DNA of 64,000 nucleotides from Octopus sinensis (GCF_006345805.1 NC_043020.1:15996001-16060000), one strand, 5' to 3'. Positions 36,990-50,721 are shown, numbered from the stretch's first letter. Numbers and translations: made by a program. The notes: a model not told the origin generated them from the sequence alone.

Positions 36990-37830
36990 TATATTGGTTT
37001 CAAATTTTGGGACTAGGCTAGCAATTTCAGGAGAGGAGGTAAGTCGATTACATTGACCGCAGTGTTCAACTGGTACTTATTTTATTGACCTCAAAAGGAA
37101 GAAAGGCAAAGTTGACCTCAGCAGAATTTGAACTCAGAACAAAGAAAAGGATGAAGTGCTGCTAATCATTTTGCCTGGCATGCTAACAATTCTACCAGCT
37201 CACCACACTAGCAATGAAATTAATTATGAGACATATTGCTTTCAAATTTTGGCAAAAGGCCAAAAAGTTTAGGGAAGGGGATAAGTCAATTTCATTGACC
37301 CAGCGTACAACTGGTACTTATTTTATTGACCTCAAAAGGAAGAAAGGCAAAGTTGACCTCAGCAGAATTTGAACTCAGAACAAAGAAAAGGATGAAGTGC
37401 TGCTAATCATTTTGCCTGGCATGCTAACAATTCTACCAGCTCACCACACTAGCAATGAAATTAATTATGAGACATATTGCTTTCAAATTTTGGCAAAAGG
37501 CCAAAAAGTTTAGGGAAGGGGATAAGTCAATTTCATTGACCCCAGCGTACAACTGGTACTTATTTTATTGCCCCTGAAAAGATGAAAGGCAAAGTCGACC
37601 TTGGCAGAATTTAAACTCCAAATGTAAAGCCAGATGAAATACCTATTTCTTTACTGCCCACAAGGGGCTAAACACAGAGAGGACAAACAAGGACAGACAA
37701 ATGGATTAAATTGATTATATCGACCCCAGTGCATAACTGGTACTTATTTTATCCACCCTGAAAAAATTAAAATCGACTTTGGTGGAATTTGAACTCAGAA
37801 CATAAGGATGGATGAAATACCATTGATGAA
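36990..37830 (-). mobile_element. Tandem cluster of SINE B copies including a near-perfect 241-bp duplication
   Basis: CAACTGGTACTTATTTTATTG at 37067, 37308 and 37550. 37067-37307 is essentially identical to 37308-37549. Confidence 0.9.
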
Positions 37831-38065
37831 GACGTATTAACAACTATAACCATACTGTGAATTTACCAAGATGCAGGAGTGGCTGTGTGGTAAGTAGCTT
37901 GCTTACCAACCACATAGTTCCGGGTTCAATCCCACTGCATGGCAACTTGGGCAAGTGTCTTCTACCATAACCTTGGGCCGACCAAAGCCTTGTGAGTGGA
38001 TTTAGTAGACGGAAACTGAAAGAAGCCCATCGTATATATGTATATATGTATATGTATATATACAC

Positions 38066-38097
<32 letters not shown>

Positions 38098-38819
38098 ATA
38101 TATATGTGTGTTTGTGTTTGTCCCGGCAACATCACGTCAGTCGTGATTGATGCTGGTGTGTTTACATCCCCGTAACTCAGTGTGTGTGTGTGTATATATA
38201 TATGTGTGTGTGTGTGTGTGTATATGTTTGTGTGTGTGTGTTTGTCCCCCACCATCGCTTGACAACCGATGGTGGTGTGTTTAAGTCCCCTAAACTTAGT
38301 GGTTCGGCAAAGAGACCGATAGAATAAGTACTAGGCTTACAAAGAATAAGTCCTGGGGTCAATTTGCTCGACTAAAGGCGGCGATCCAGCATGGCCACAG
38401 TCAAATGACTGAAACAAGTAAAAGAGTAAAGACTGCATCCATGGTTAGTCAGACACTAAAGACAAGCTAAAACTGAGCTAAACGTATGAGTAAAGCTGCT
38501 TAATATTCCAAATAGCCTTCACCATTAAAAACAGTTTATATGAATGGACAAGGAGTATGAGTAGGAGGAGAGGATGAAGAGGAGGGGGAGTTGGAGAGTA
38601 AAAATGAGTAAGATGTCTATTAGCTGACAGCAGATACAATGTCTAAATGGCATTTTAAAGGAATAGTTTTCTATTCTCAATGGTCTTCTCTCGTTAATAC
38701 ATTTTCCAACTTCTAATTGGTTACATGCCTAATTAGCTCCCCATTTACACAATACTCAATTGTAACTTTGCTCATATATATTCTGACCAACCTACTAATG
38801 CATCGTACTGCTTACTATA

Positions 38820-38833
38820 ATGCATGTTTGTGT

Positions 38834-38874
<41 letters not shown>

Positions 38875-39343
38875 GGAGAATGTGTGTGTATGCGTATATT
38901 TATGCAACCTTTCAAGTATGTTTGTGTGTGTGAGTGTGTGTGTGTGTGTGTGTGAGTGTGTGTGTGTGTGAGTGTGTGTGTCCGTATATTTATGCAACCT
39001 TTCAGACTGTGTAAAATACACACATACACACACGCACACACACACACACACACACACAGACATACACACACACACAGAGGCTATATATTCACACACAGGC
39101 TATATATTTGCATATATAAACATACATAGACATACACATAAATACACACACACACACTCACACAAGCGTACATAGTGTATTATATATTTTAGAAAAATGT
39201 GTGTGTGTTTTGCAACCTTTAAGGTTACGTAAAATACACACATATGCACACATAGGCAATACATTTGCATACATACACATACACACCAACAATCATATTA
39301 CACACACATGCATGCATTGTGTATTAATATATACTTTAGAAAA

Positions 39344-39375
<32 letters not shown>

Positions 39376-39993
39376 TGTATGCAACCTTTAAGATTATATT
39401 ATTAGCATACACCCACAGATACAAATGCTATACATTCACATACACACACACTAACATATATTGTGTATTATCTATTTTATGAAAATTTGTTTGCGTATGT
39501 GTGTGTGTGCATGTTGTTATGTATGAGTGTATATGTGAACGTATAGCATATGTATTTGTGTGTATGTGTTTGTGTGTGTGTGTGTGTGTTTGTGTGGGAG
39601 TGTGTATGTGAGAGTGTGTGTGTCCATATATTTATGCAACCTTTCAGACTGTGTAAAATACACACATACACACACGCACACACACACACACACACACAGA
39701 CATACACACACACACAGAGGCTATATATTCACACACAGGCTATATATTTGCATATATAAACATACATAGACATACACATAAATACACACACACACACTCA
39801 CACAAGCGTACATAGTGTATTATATATTTTAGAAAAATGTGTGTGTGTTTTGCAACCTTTAAGGTTACGTAAAATACATACATATGCACACATAGGCAAT
39901 ACATTTGCATACATACACATACATACACATACACACCAACAATCATATTACACACACATGCATGCATTGTGTATTAATATATACTTTAGAAAA

Positions 39994-40025
<32 letters not shown>

Positions 40026-40995
40026 TGTATGCAACCTTTAAGATTATATTATTAGCATACACCCACAGATACAAATGCTATACATTCACATACACACACC
40101 AACATTCACACACACACACACTAACATATATTGTGTATTATCTATTTTATGAAAATTTGTTTGCATATGTGTGTGTGTGCATGTTGTTATGTATGAGTGT
40201 ATATGTGAACGTATAGCATATGTATTTGTGTGTATGTGTTTGTGTGTGTGTGTGTGTGAGAGAGGGAGAATGTGTGTGTATGCGTATATTTATGCAACCT
40301 TTCAAGTATGTTTGTGTGTGTGTGTGTGTTTGTGTGGGAGTGTGTATGTGAGAGTGTGTGTGTCCATATATTTATGCAACCTTTCAGACTGTGTAAAATA
40401 CACACATACACACACGCACACACACACACACACACACACAGACATACACACACACACAGAGGCTATATATTCACACACAGGCTATATATTTGCATATTAA
40501 ACATACATAGACATACACATAAATACACACACACACACACTCACACAGCGTACATAGTGTATTATATATTTTAGAAAAATGTGTGTGTGTTTTGCAACCT
40601 TTAAGGTTACGTAAAATACATACATATGCACACATAGGCAATACATTTGCATACATACACATACATACACATACACACCAACAATCATATTACACACACA
40701 TGCATGCATTGTGTATTAATATATACTTTAGAAAAATGTGTGTGTGTGTGTGTGTGTGTGTGTATTGTATGCAACCTTTAAGATTATATTATTAGCATAC
40801 ACCCACAGATACAAATGCTATACATTCACATACACACACACTAACATATATTGTGTATTATCTATTTTATGAAAATTTGTTTGCGTATGTGTGTGTGTGT
40901 GCATGTTGTTATGTATGAGTGTATATGTGAACGTATAGCATATGTATTTGTGTGTATGTGTTTGTGTGTGTGTGTGTGCATGTGTGTGTGTGTGC
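38820..40995. repeat. About three tandem units of 640-740 bp built from alternating (TG)n and (CA)n tracts
   Basis: GCAACCTTTCAGACTGTG recurs at about 38995, 39637 and 40376, and GCAACCTTTAAGATTATA at about 39381, 40031 and 40771. Confidence 0.9.
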
Positions 40996-40999
40996 AGTA

Positions 41000-42560
41000 C
41001 AAGTGACTTTTATTTACTATTCTGTATTACTTTGTCCCATTCTGTTTATTCTGTTTCTTATATGCTATTCTATCCTATTCTGTTCTATCCTATTCTGTTC
41101 TGTCCTATATGTTCCATTCCGTTCTATTCTAATTTTGTTCTGTTCTATTCTGTTCCACATGGTCTATTCTGCTAGAACATGTTCCCTCAGTTCTATTTTC
41201 ATATCTCTTCTGTCTTATCTTGTACTATTCTATTCTATGTAGAGGCACATGGCTTAGTGGTTAGAGCAGCGGACTCGCAGACGAGGGATCGCGGGTTCAA
41301 ATCTCAGACCAGGCAATGTGTGTGTTTATGAGTAAAACACCTAAGCTCCACACAGCTCTGGCAGAAGGTAATGGTGAACTTCTGCTGACTCTTTCACCAC
41401 AACTTTCTCTCACTCTTTCCTCCTGCATCTTGCAGCTCACCTGCAACGGACCGGTGTCTCATCCAGGTGGGGAACCTATACACAAAAGAAACCAGGAAAC
41501 CAGCCCTTATGAGCCAAGCGTGGCTCGAGAAAGAACAAACAATAATTCTGTTCTATCTTACTCTGTTCTGTACTATATGTTCCGTTCTATTCTAATTTTG
41601 TTCTGTTCTATTCTGTTCCACATGGTCTATTCTGCTAGAATATGTTCCCCAGTTCTATTTTCATGTCTCTTCAGTTTTATCTTGTACTATTCTGTTCTAT
41701 GTGGTGGCACATGGCCTAGTGGTTAGAGCAGCGGACTCGCAGTCGAGGGATCGCAGGTTCGAATCTTAGACAGGGTGATGTGTGTGTTTATGAGTGAAAC
41801 ACCTAAGCTCCATGTGGTTCCGGCAGAAGGTAATGGCGAACTTCTGCTGACTCTTTCACCACAACTTTCTCTCACTCTTTCCTCCTGCAGCTTGCAGCTC
41901 ACCTGCGACGGACCGGCGTCCTGTCCAGGTGGGGAACCTATATGCCAAGGAAACCATGAAACTGGTCCTTATGAGCCAAGCGTGGCTCGAGAAGGAACAA
42001 ACCACAATTCTGTTCTATCCTGTTCTATCCTATTCTGTTATGTCCTCTGTTATTATATTCTACTCTTCTATTCTGTCCTACTCTATTCTGTTCTATTCTC
42101 TCCTCTCTATTCTGTTCTTTCCTATTCTATTCTATTCTGTTCTATCCCATTCTATTCTATCCTATTCTGTTCTGTTCTATTCTAGCATATTCTATTCTAT
42201 CCTATTTTACCCTATTCTAGTCTATCCTATTCTATTCTATTCTATTACATTCTAGCCCATTTTATTCTGTTCTATCCTATTCTATTCTGCTCTTGTGTTC
42301 TATTTATTCTCTTCCATATATTCTATTCTGTTATACCTATTCTAATCTATTCAGTTCCATTGTATTCTCTTTCATTCCATTCTGATCCATGTTTTCATTT
42401 CTGTTCTATTCTGTTCTATTCTGATCAGTCTTATTCTATTTGATTCTGTTCCATTCTATTCTGTTGTCTTCTTTTCCATTTTGATCTCTAATTTCCATTA
42501 TTGTCCAGTAAATGTTCCATCCTCTCCTATTCTGTGCAGTTCCTTTCTGTTCTGCTTCAT
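41000..42560. repeat. Degenerate (CTATT)n/(CTGTT)n satellite containing a ~460-bp duplication that includes SINE D (41240-41520, 41700-42000)
   Basis: Flanking satellite text and the SINE are both duplicated (41111 versus 41579). Confidence 0.88.
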
Positions 42561-42750
42561 TCCTTCATTAAAAATAAGCCTCAAGTCTTAAAAGTTGTTG
42601 TGTGTGGTTGAGATACTTTCTTCTCAAGTACACAGCCATACCTACACCAATAGTCATACTTCTGCTTATATCCATGTCTGCTACCCTTATGAATCCTGCC
42701 AGGAATAGCACCAAACTTGAGTCAAATCAATAATAATAATAATAATAATA

Positions 42751-43103
42751 ATACCGGCAGATGACAACGTGTCTCTAAAAGAAATGGAGAAACTCTCAAA
42801 ATACAAAGACCTGGAAATAGAGGTAACCAGAATGTGGAATCTAAAAACAGAAACAATTCCTATCATAGTAGGTGCATTAGGCATGATAAAAAAATATTCA
42901 GACAAATACATAACAAAAACACCAGGACTTACAAACACATATAACATACAGAAAATTGCACTACTAGGCACTGCACACATCCTACGCAGAACACTTTCCA
43001 TACAATAACCATCAGAGCATCACAACAAATCACAGCACATACCCAAGGCACACAGAGCTGCGCTCGGTAGTGAAGTGAAAGCACGCTATAAAAAATAAAA
43101 CTA

Positions 43104-43107
<4 letters not shown>
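42751..43107 (+). mobile_element. R4/Dong-like RLE non-LTR element 3' end inserted in (TAA)n
   Basis: IPADDNVSLKEMEKLSKYKDLEIEVTRMWNLKTETIPIIVGALGMIKK...QKIALLGTAHILRRTLSIQ*, the K..KY.DL...W...P..VGALG restriction-like endonuclease C-terminus. (TAA)n lies on both sides. Confidence 0.85.
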
Positions 43108-43166
<59 letters not shown>

Positions 43167-43230
43167 CCTTTCTAGTATAGGCACAAGGCCTGAAATTTTA
43201 GGGGAGGGAGCTAGTCAATTACATTGACCC

Positions 43231-43329
43231 CAACAACAGCAAAGAATACAAAAAAAAAATGATTTTATTGATAGAAAGTTTCATTTTCTTACATTTATTT
43301 ATTTTTACTTTTATCTTGATTTCAATACT

Positions 43330-43361
<32 letters not shown>

Positions 43362-44757
43362 ATTATTATTACTATCATTTTTATTCCACCAAGGTTGACT
43401 TTATCTGTCATTCTTTCAGGGTTGATTAAATAAGTACCAGTTAAGTATTGGGGGTCAATAGAATAGGATAGAATAGAAGAGTAGAATATAATAGAAGATT
43501 TCAATAATGTAATTGTTTAGTTTTAGAAAGACATTGTAGGTTAAGCATGAGAGGATGGATCTGGCTGGCTTGAACATAAAACATGTAGATTATATGGGTC
43601 AGATATGGCTGGTTTCACTCTGAAGGTATAACATGGTGGTTTTGATCAATTATAACCTTTGCTCTTACAAATCTGTCTTTGTTTGCAAATGTCAAAAATC
43701 AATATTACAAAATATGGTAAAAATATTGAGAACTGTTGATAAGAGAGAACTACAGAAGTGGTAGGTATTTTGTTTTTTTTTTGTTTTTTCTTCTTTTTTT
43801 GACTTTGGTTCTTGATTGAGCCAAACCTATGAGACTTCATTGGTGACTGGTGACTTGTTAAATTTAGGAAAAGCTGAGAAAAATAAAAACATAACAACAG
43901 CAAAGAAAACAAAAAAGAATTATTTAATTGATAGAAAGTTTCATTTTCTTACATTTATTTATTTTTACTTCTATCCTGATTTCAATACTTCTTTCTTTCT
44001 TTCTTTCTTCTTTCTTTCTTCTTATTATTACTATCATTTTTATTCCACCAAGGTTGACTTTATCTGTCATTCTTTCAGGGTTGATTAAATAAGTACCAGT
44101 TAAGTATTGGGGGTCAATAGAATAGGATAGAATAGAAGAGTAGAATATAATAGAAGATTTCAATAATGTAATTGTTTAGTTTTAGAAAGACATTGTAGGT
44201 TAAGCATGAGAGGATGGATCTGGCTGGCTTGAACATAAAACATGTAGATTATATGGGTCAGATATGGCTGGTTTCACTCTGAAGGTATAACATGGTGGTT
44301 TTGATCAATTATAACCTTTGCTCTTACAAATCTGTCTTTGTTTGCAAATGTCAAAAATCAATATTACAAAATATGGTAAAAAATATGAGAACTGTTGATA
44401 AGAGAGAACTACAGAAGTGGTAGGTATTTTGTTTTTTTTTTGTTTTTTCTTCTTTTTTGACTTTGGTTCTTGATTGAGCCAAACCTATGAGACTTCATTG
44501 GTGACTGGTGACTTGTTAAATTTAGGAAAAGCTGAGAAAAATAAAAACATAACAACAGCAAAGAAAACAAAAAAGAATTATTTAATTGATAGAAAGTTTC
44601 ATTTTCTTACATTTATTTATTTTTACTTCTATCCTGATTTCAATACTTCTTTCTTTCTTTCTTTGTTTTTTCTCATTCTTTCTTTCTTCTTATTATTACT
44701 ATCATTTTTATTCCACCAAGGTTGACTTTACCTGTCATTCTTTCAGGGTTGATTAAA
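43231..44757. repeat. Tandem array, about 2.3 copies of a ~660-bp unit
   Basis: TGATAGAAAGTTTCATTTTCTTAC at about 43268, 43929 and 44588. Copies are nearly identical. Confidence 0.93.
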
Positions 44758-44891
44758 TTAGAACCAGTGGATCACCGAGGTCAATGTAATCGACTAGCTC
44801 CCTCCCCTAAAATTTCAGGCCTTGTGCCTATACTACAATGGATTATTATTATTACTATTATTATTACTATTACTATTACTATTATTACTAA

Positions 44892-45275
44892 GTGGAGGCG
44901 CAATGGCCGAGTGGTTAGGGCAGCGGACTCGCAGTCATAGGATCGCGGTTTCGATTCCCAGACCGGGCGTTGTGAGTGTTTATTGAGCGAAAACACCTAA
45001 AGCTCCACGAGGCTCCAGCAGGGGATGGTGGTGATCCCTGCTGTACTCTTTCACCACAACTTTCTCTCACTCTTACTTCCTGTTTCTGTTGTACCTGTAT
45101 TTCAAAGGGCTGGCCTTGTCACTCTCTGTGTCACGCTGAATATCCCCGAGAACTACGTTAAAGGTACACGTGTCTGTGGAGTGCTCAGCCACTTACACGT
45201 TAATTTCACGAGCAGGCTGTTCCGTTGATTCAGATCAACCGGAACCCTCATCATCATAACCGACGGAGTGCTTCC
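44892..45275 (+). mobile_element. SINE family D, alternative 3' tail, inserted in (TAT)n
   Basis: Family D head followed by a distinct GTGCTCAGCCACTTACACGTTAATTTCACGAGC...CCGACGGAGTGC tail. Confidence 0.83.
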
Positions 45276-45292
45276 TTTATTACTATTATTAC

Positions 45293-45323
<31 letters not shown>

Positions 45324-45361
45324 GTTATTATTATTATCATCATTATTATTATTATTATTAT

Positions 45362-45650
45362 TGATTTAACTCAAGTTTGGTGCTATTCCTCCACAATCTT
45401 CCAATAGTCTTTCAAGTGCTTAAGACGCTCCTGATAATCTTTCCTGTCCCTAAGAGGCAAACTTTCTATAGAAGCTCTATAGGACATTCTATTCTAATCT
45501 ACTTCAAACATTTGTCTATACCTTTACTGCACCAGTTATTACAGGCACAAGCTTTACAGTTTTCATATTCCAAATGCTTGCAATTTCAAATTTTGAGGGA
45601 TTATATTTTTTATGTTTTTCATCTTTTTTCTTTATGATCCTGGAATCAAA
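45362..45650 (-). mobile_element. R4/Dong-like RLE element 3' end (second family), flanked by (TTA)n
   Basis: Reverse complement gives EKHKKYNPSKFEIASIWNMKTVKLVPVITGA...LLGTGKIIRSVLST*. The same family occurs at 61655-61932, and its terminal ~35 bp at 42696-42730. Confidence 0.78.
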
Positions 45651-45679
45651 TGGCCAGGATGGATCAATTAGTAAATGAC

Positions 45680-45750
<71 letters not shown>

Positions 45751-47174
45751 TTATTATTATTTATGGTTTCTTTTCATTATGACCTTATTTCAGCTACCTT
45801 AGTACCGGGCATCATCTGGAGACCAAATCATTATCATCATCATCATCATCATTATTATTAAGGTGGTGAGCTGGCAGAATCGTTAGCATGCTGGATGAAA
45901 TGCTTAGCAGTATTTTGCCTGTTGTTATATCCTGAGTTCAAATTCGGCTAAGGCCGACTTTGCCTTAAATCCTTCTTGGGGTTGAGAAGACCCATCAAGC
46001 CAAATGAAATCATGGTCATGGTTGATGTTGGTGTCACTAAACTGGTGCCCATCACGGTGGCACGTAAAGAATACTTTGCGAGCATTAGGCCTCCTGAAGG
46101 CAAAGTGGCTGAGTTCCTTTTGAGCGTTGGATCTCATGGAGGCATAGTGTCTGAGTTCCTTTCAAGTGTTGGGCCTCATGGAGGCAATGACCGAGACCTT
46201 TGGCCTTATGTCATGCTTGAGAAGATAACCCATCAAACCAAGCAAAATTATAGTCATGGCAGATACTGCTGTCATGTAAATGGCACCCATGCCAGTGGCA
46301 TGTAAAAGCACCCATTACACTCTCAGAGTGGTTGGCATTAGGAAGGTCATCCAGTCATAGAAAACCATGCCAAATCAGACTGGAGTCTGATGCAGCCTCC
46401 AGCTTACCAGCCCTGGTCAAACAGTTCAACCCATGCCAGCATGGACAATGGATATTAAATGATGATGATGATGATGATGATACATATATACAATGGGCTT
46501 CTTTCAATTTCAGTCCACCAGATCCACTCACAAGGCTTTGGTTTGCCTAAAGTTATAGTAGAAGACACTTGCCAAGAACTATGCGGTTGGGAGGCAAGCT
46601 TCTTACCACACATCATCATCATCACCATCATCATCATCATGATCATTTAACGTCTGCTTTCCATGCTAGCATGGGTTGGACGATTTGACTGAGGTCTGGC
46701 GAACCAGATGGCTGCACCAGACTCCAATCTGATCTGGCAGAATTTCTACAGCTTGATGCCTTTCCTAACGCTAACCACTCTGAGAGTGTAGTGGGTGCTT
46801 TTACATGCCACCGGCACAAGGGTCAGTTAGGTGGTACTGGAAATGGCCACTCTCAAATGGTGCTTTTTATGTGCCACCTGCACAGGAGCCAGTCCAGCGG
46901 CACTGGCAACGACCTCGCTCGAATGTTTTTTTCACATGCAACCAGCACAAGTGCTAGTAAGGTGACGCAGGTAACGATCCTGCTCGAATGGTGTTTTTAA
47001 TGTGCCATCGGCATGGAGGCCAGCAACAATCTCACTTGTATGGTACTCTTAGCGCTCCACTAGCAACAGATGCCAGTCACCGAGTTTGATTTCGATTTGA
47101 ACCACACCTATTATTTTTATTATTATATTATTATTATTATTATTATTATCATTTCATTATTATTATTATTATTA

Positions 47175-47210
<36 letters not shown>

Positions 47211-47215
47211 CATCA

Positions 47216-47246
<31 letters not shown>

Positions 47247-48714
47247 TAATCATTATTTCTTAATTCTATTATAATTTTATTTATACATTTCCTTTTTTTG
47301 ATTTCCAGCATTAAATGAAGAATTAAGTGTTTCCAAGTTATTAAATTTGAATCAATTGTTTAAAATAAAACTTGGAGACAAGGGGTGGTTAAGAACTAGA
47401 AAACAGCAAAAAATAAAATACTTGATGTAATGAAGCAAATAAACTGATAAATAAAACAAAGACAAAAACCTGAAGAAAAATTTTTTTTTAAAGAATTGAA
47501 GAAATTCATTTTCTTTTGGCATTAGGAAGAATTAAATTTTTCAGAATATTTTTTTCTCCCTTCTTTTTCAAATGTTTGTTTGGTGAAGTAGAAAAGTAAA
47601 ACAAAGGAAAAAAATAACTTCTATTTTGACCTTCAAATGTCACTTGAAACAAGGACAACTCATTTCTCACTTATGTTCTTCAGGTTTTTGGAATTCTTGT
47701 TTTTTTTTTCCATTTTTGGTCTACTGCTTCACACCAACCAGTTTTTTCTCACTATTTGTCCTCTCTTCTAAGAATTTTACTGTTTTGCTTCATCAGTTTT
47801 TTTATGTTTTTCTCATTCTTTTTCCATTCTTCCTGTATGCCTTTCTCATCCATTCTTCTATTTACTCCCTTCTCAACACCCTCCCCAGCTTTAACTCTTT
47901 CCCCAGACTAACAGACTTGTAACAAATAAAAAATGATTTTTTCCTTTTTTTGTAGCTGTTATTTACTGCATCTTTTTTTTTTTTTGTTCTTTAGAATGAG
48001 AACAAGATGTACATCTTCCCCATTTCCATCCTTATACTTACCAAATTCTTTTAGAGGTTTTTATTGACCTGTTTCCTTTCTTTTATTTTTTACTTTTATG
48101 TCTCAGAAAAGAGATAACCATAGCCACAAATATTGGAAAGACAAAAAAAAAATAAATAAATAAAATAAAAGTTATCCCCTCTCAAAAAAAGTAAGCAGAA
48201 AAAATAAAAAAACATATTTCTTTTCATCTTTTCTTCCTTTTTTTTTTCTCCTTTTCACTATTTTTTAAAATTCTATTTTATAATGTCCGTTTCCACATTT
48301 GCATGACTCACATTCGCACCAGTTTCCGAATAAATTTAAATGGTATCTTTGTCTGTGGAATTCTTTCTTTTGCTCTCTCATCATTTATGCAGCAACATAC
48401 TTAACTCAGAAGGCACCAACATCCTTGACACTCTCAGACATCTTTACCAACTATTCCCATTTATTTCCACCTCTTCCTGCCATTTCTTTCCTCAGACACT
48501 CCTTCCTCTCCTCTATTCTCTTCCACTTTCACTTGACAGATATTAATTTTTCTCTGTTCAGAAACTAGGAATCAAATAACAGAATGCATGAACATATCAG
48601 ATTGCTAATAGTCCCGAGGAACATTTAATGGGAAACATTTGGATAAGTTCAATTGTGTTTTGGATTTTAGTATTTGTCAGATGAAAAACAAGATAAGGAA
48701 TATTAGATTCTCAT

Positions 48715-49060
48715 TGGCATCTGAACTTGTCAAATTCTCTGATGAAAGACATGCACATGGAATGTCAGATTCTCATCTCCTCTTGGCCATTGAATTTTTC
48801 AGACTTTCTGCTCAACAGTAAAGCTTTCAAAAAAGTAAAATTTTACAGTTTTTGCAGCAACGGAACTTGCCAAATTTTCTGATGAAGAGCAAGGTTATGG
48901 AACATTATGGTTCTACATTTCTTATAATAATTGAACTTATTAAAATCTCTACAGAAGAGCAAGGGTTTGAAAAGTTGAAATACTTCAATCCTTGTCACAA
49001 CCGAACTTCCCAAACTTTATGATGAAGAGCTAGGTCTTGGAACATTATGATTCTACAGTC
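48715..49060 (+). repeat. Four degenerate tandem copies of a GAACTT..CAAA.TTT.CTGATGAAGAGC.AGG...GAA.(C/T)..T motif
   Basis: Copies centred near 48739, 48880, 48953 and 49020. Confidence 0.55.
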
Positions 49061-49420
49061 TTTGTTTTTGCATTCGGTTTGCAAGATTCTTGATGTGGAT
49101 TCGTGTGTTGAAACAAACTTTGTTGTATCTTGGGAAGGGTCATTAGGCCAATAATAAAAATAAAAACACAGGTTGAATCCGACTTCTTTATTGTTAGTCA
49201 ATTGTTAGTTAGTTGGTTAAATACCTAATTAACTAACCATTCAATTATTTATTTAATTTATTTAGTATACCATAGTTAGTTGATTAGATTTTTAACCAAT
49301 TGATTAACAATTAACTAGCATTAAGAATTGGTTCCTTGGCAGGGTGTCTGAATGGGTGATATGTATGGCAGATGGTGAAGAGGTAGCAGAAGAGCTCTAC
49401 TGAGCCAACAATGCTTTTTA

Positions 49421-49996
49421 TTGGGTTGTTCGCAAAGTTCAGGTTGATTTTTAAAAGAAAGAGTAAAAGGTCAATAAATACTTGCCATTACCCAAGCTTT
49501 ACCAGGTGCTCATGAATGACGGATTTTGATAGGTTGAGGCTTTCTGCCAATTCTCAGGTTGTGCAATGTGGGTTATTCTCAATTAATGACTTAATTTGGT
49601 CATCATCTGTAGTGGACGGTCTGCCTGATCACTCATTATCAATAAGGCTACAATCTCCAGCTCGGAACCTTGCAAACCACTTCCGTACAGTTCTTTTGGA
49701 TAAAGAAACATCACCGTAAACTGCGCATATTTCTTTGGTTGCTTGTGAGGCATTTTTCCCTTTATGGAAAAAGAAAAGCATCAAGTGCTGAAAATGAACA
49801 GTCTTATCTTCCATCTTAAAGGGTTACAGAATTAACACAGATTATAGGAACATAAACCTTCTTCCACAAAAAGATTGCTTAAGCTATGCTCTAAATGGAG
49901 GTGTAGTAAAATCCTATTTTATGGACTCAAACATGTTCTAGAATAAGTTGAAAGGTAAGCTACTATAAATCGGCATGAACTTTCCAGACAACCCAA
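49421..49996 (-). mobile_element. Internally deleted mariner (576 bp) with both TIRs and TA TSDs
   Basis: TIRs TTGGGTTGTTCGCAAAGTTCAGG.TGATTT and (reverse complement) TTGGGTTGTCTGGAAAGTTCATGCCGATTT. TA at 49419-49420 and 49997-49998. Encodes the N-terminus MEDKTVHFQHLMLFFFHKGKNASQATKEICAVYG...TVRKWFARFRAG...SGRP. Confidence 0.92.
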
Positions 49997-50594
49997 TACA
50001 TTGGCGTTAAGCAAAGGAATCCTAGGAGATCAATGGCCAAGGTCACCAAGCTCTATCTAGAGAGTAACTGCAACATATTCATAGGGGTGGCATCCATGGT
50101 TGTGTAATCAGCTAATGAAAGATTCCCTATGAATCAATCTCCCAATTCAAATTCATAATAATGGAATTGGATAATGACAGAGAATCATGGGAATTCACGA
50201 AAGAAGTGCAACCGAAGAAGAGAGAAAGAAGTGAAATTGAACCTGTGCACATGTTAATATTATTGGCATAATGACTCCACAATAAACCTCAACAATTAAA
50301 TCATTAATTACATTAATTACATTGGTGTGTCTGATGTGACCTCAGAATTGCTTAATTGTTAAACAGTTCTCTTGGTTTACTTCAAGAAATATACAAATTG
50401 CCAGAGTAATCAGCTCTATACTAATAATCAGCAGAGTAATCAGCTATATATTAATTGCCAGAGTAATCAGCTCTGTACTTGACAGTATATTACCAGTAGT
50501 CCTTGATGTTACCTGGATGGACTGCTTTATGGTTGTTTAGCCTGCTAGAAATAGAAGCCAAATCTTCAACAAATTACATCTTACTGCCTCTGAC

Positions 50595-50629
<35 letters not shown>

Positions 50630-50676
50630 TGATGATGATGATGATGATGATGATAATGATGATAATAAAAATGATG

Positions 50677-50721
<45 letters not shown>

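Noticed and set aside
44892-44970. tRNA-like sequences at the starts of SINE A, D and E copies
   Set aside because: The acceptor stems are incomplete and each runs directly into a SINE body, so they are SINE heads rather than tRNA genes.
50119-50270. About 50-codon open frame containing MELDNDRESWEFTKEVQPKKRERSEIEPVHM
   Set aside because: Short, unrecognised, lacking clear splice sites, and lying between TE relics. I cannot support it as a gene.
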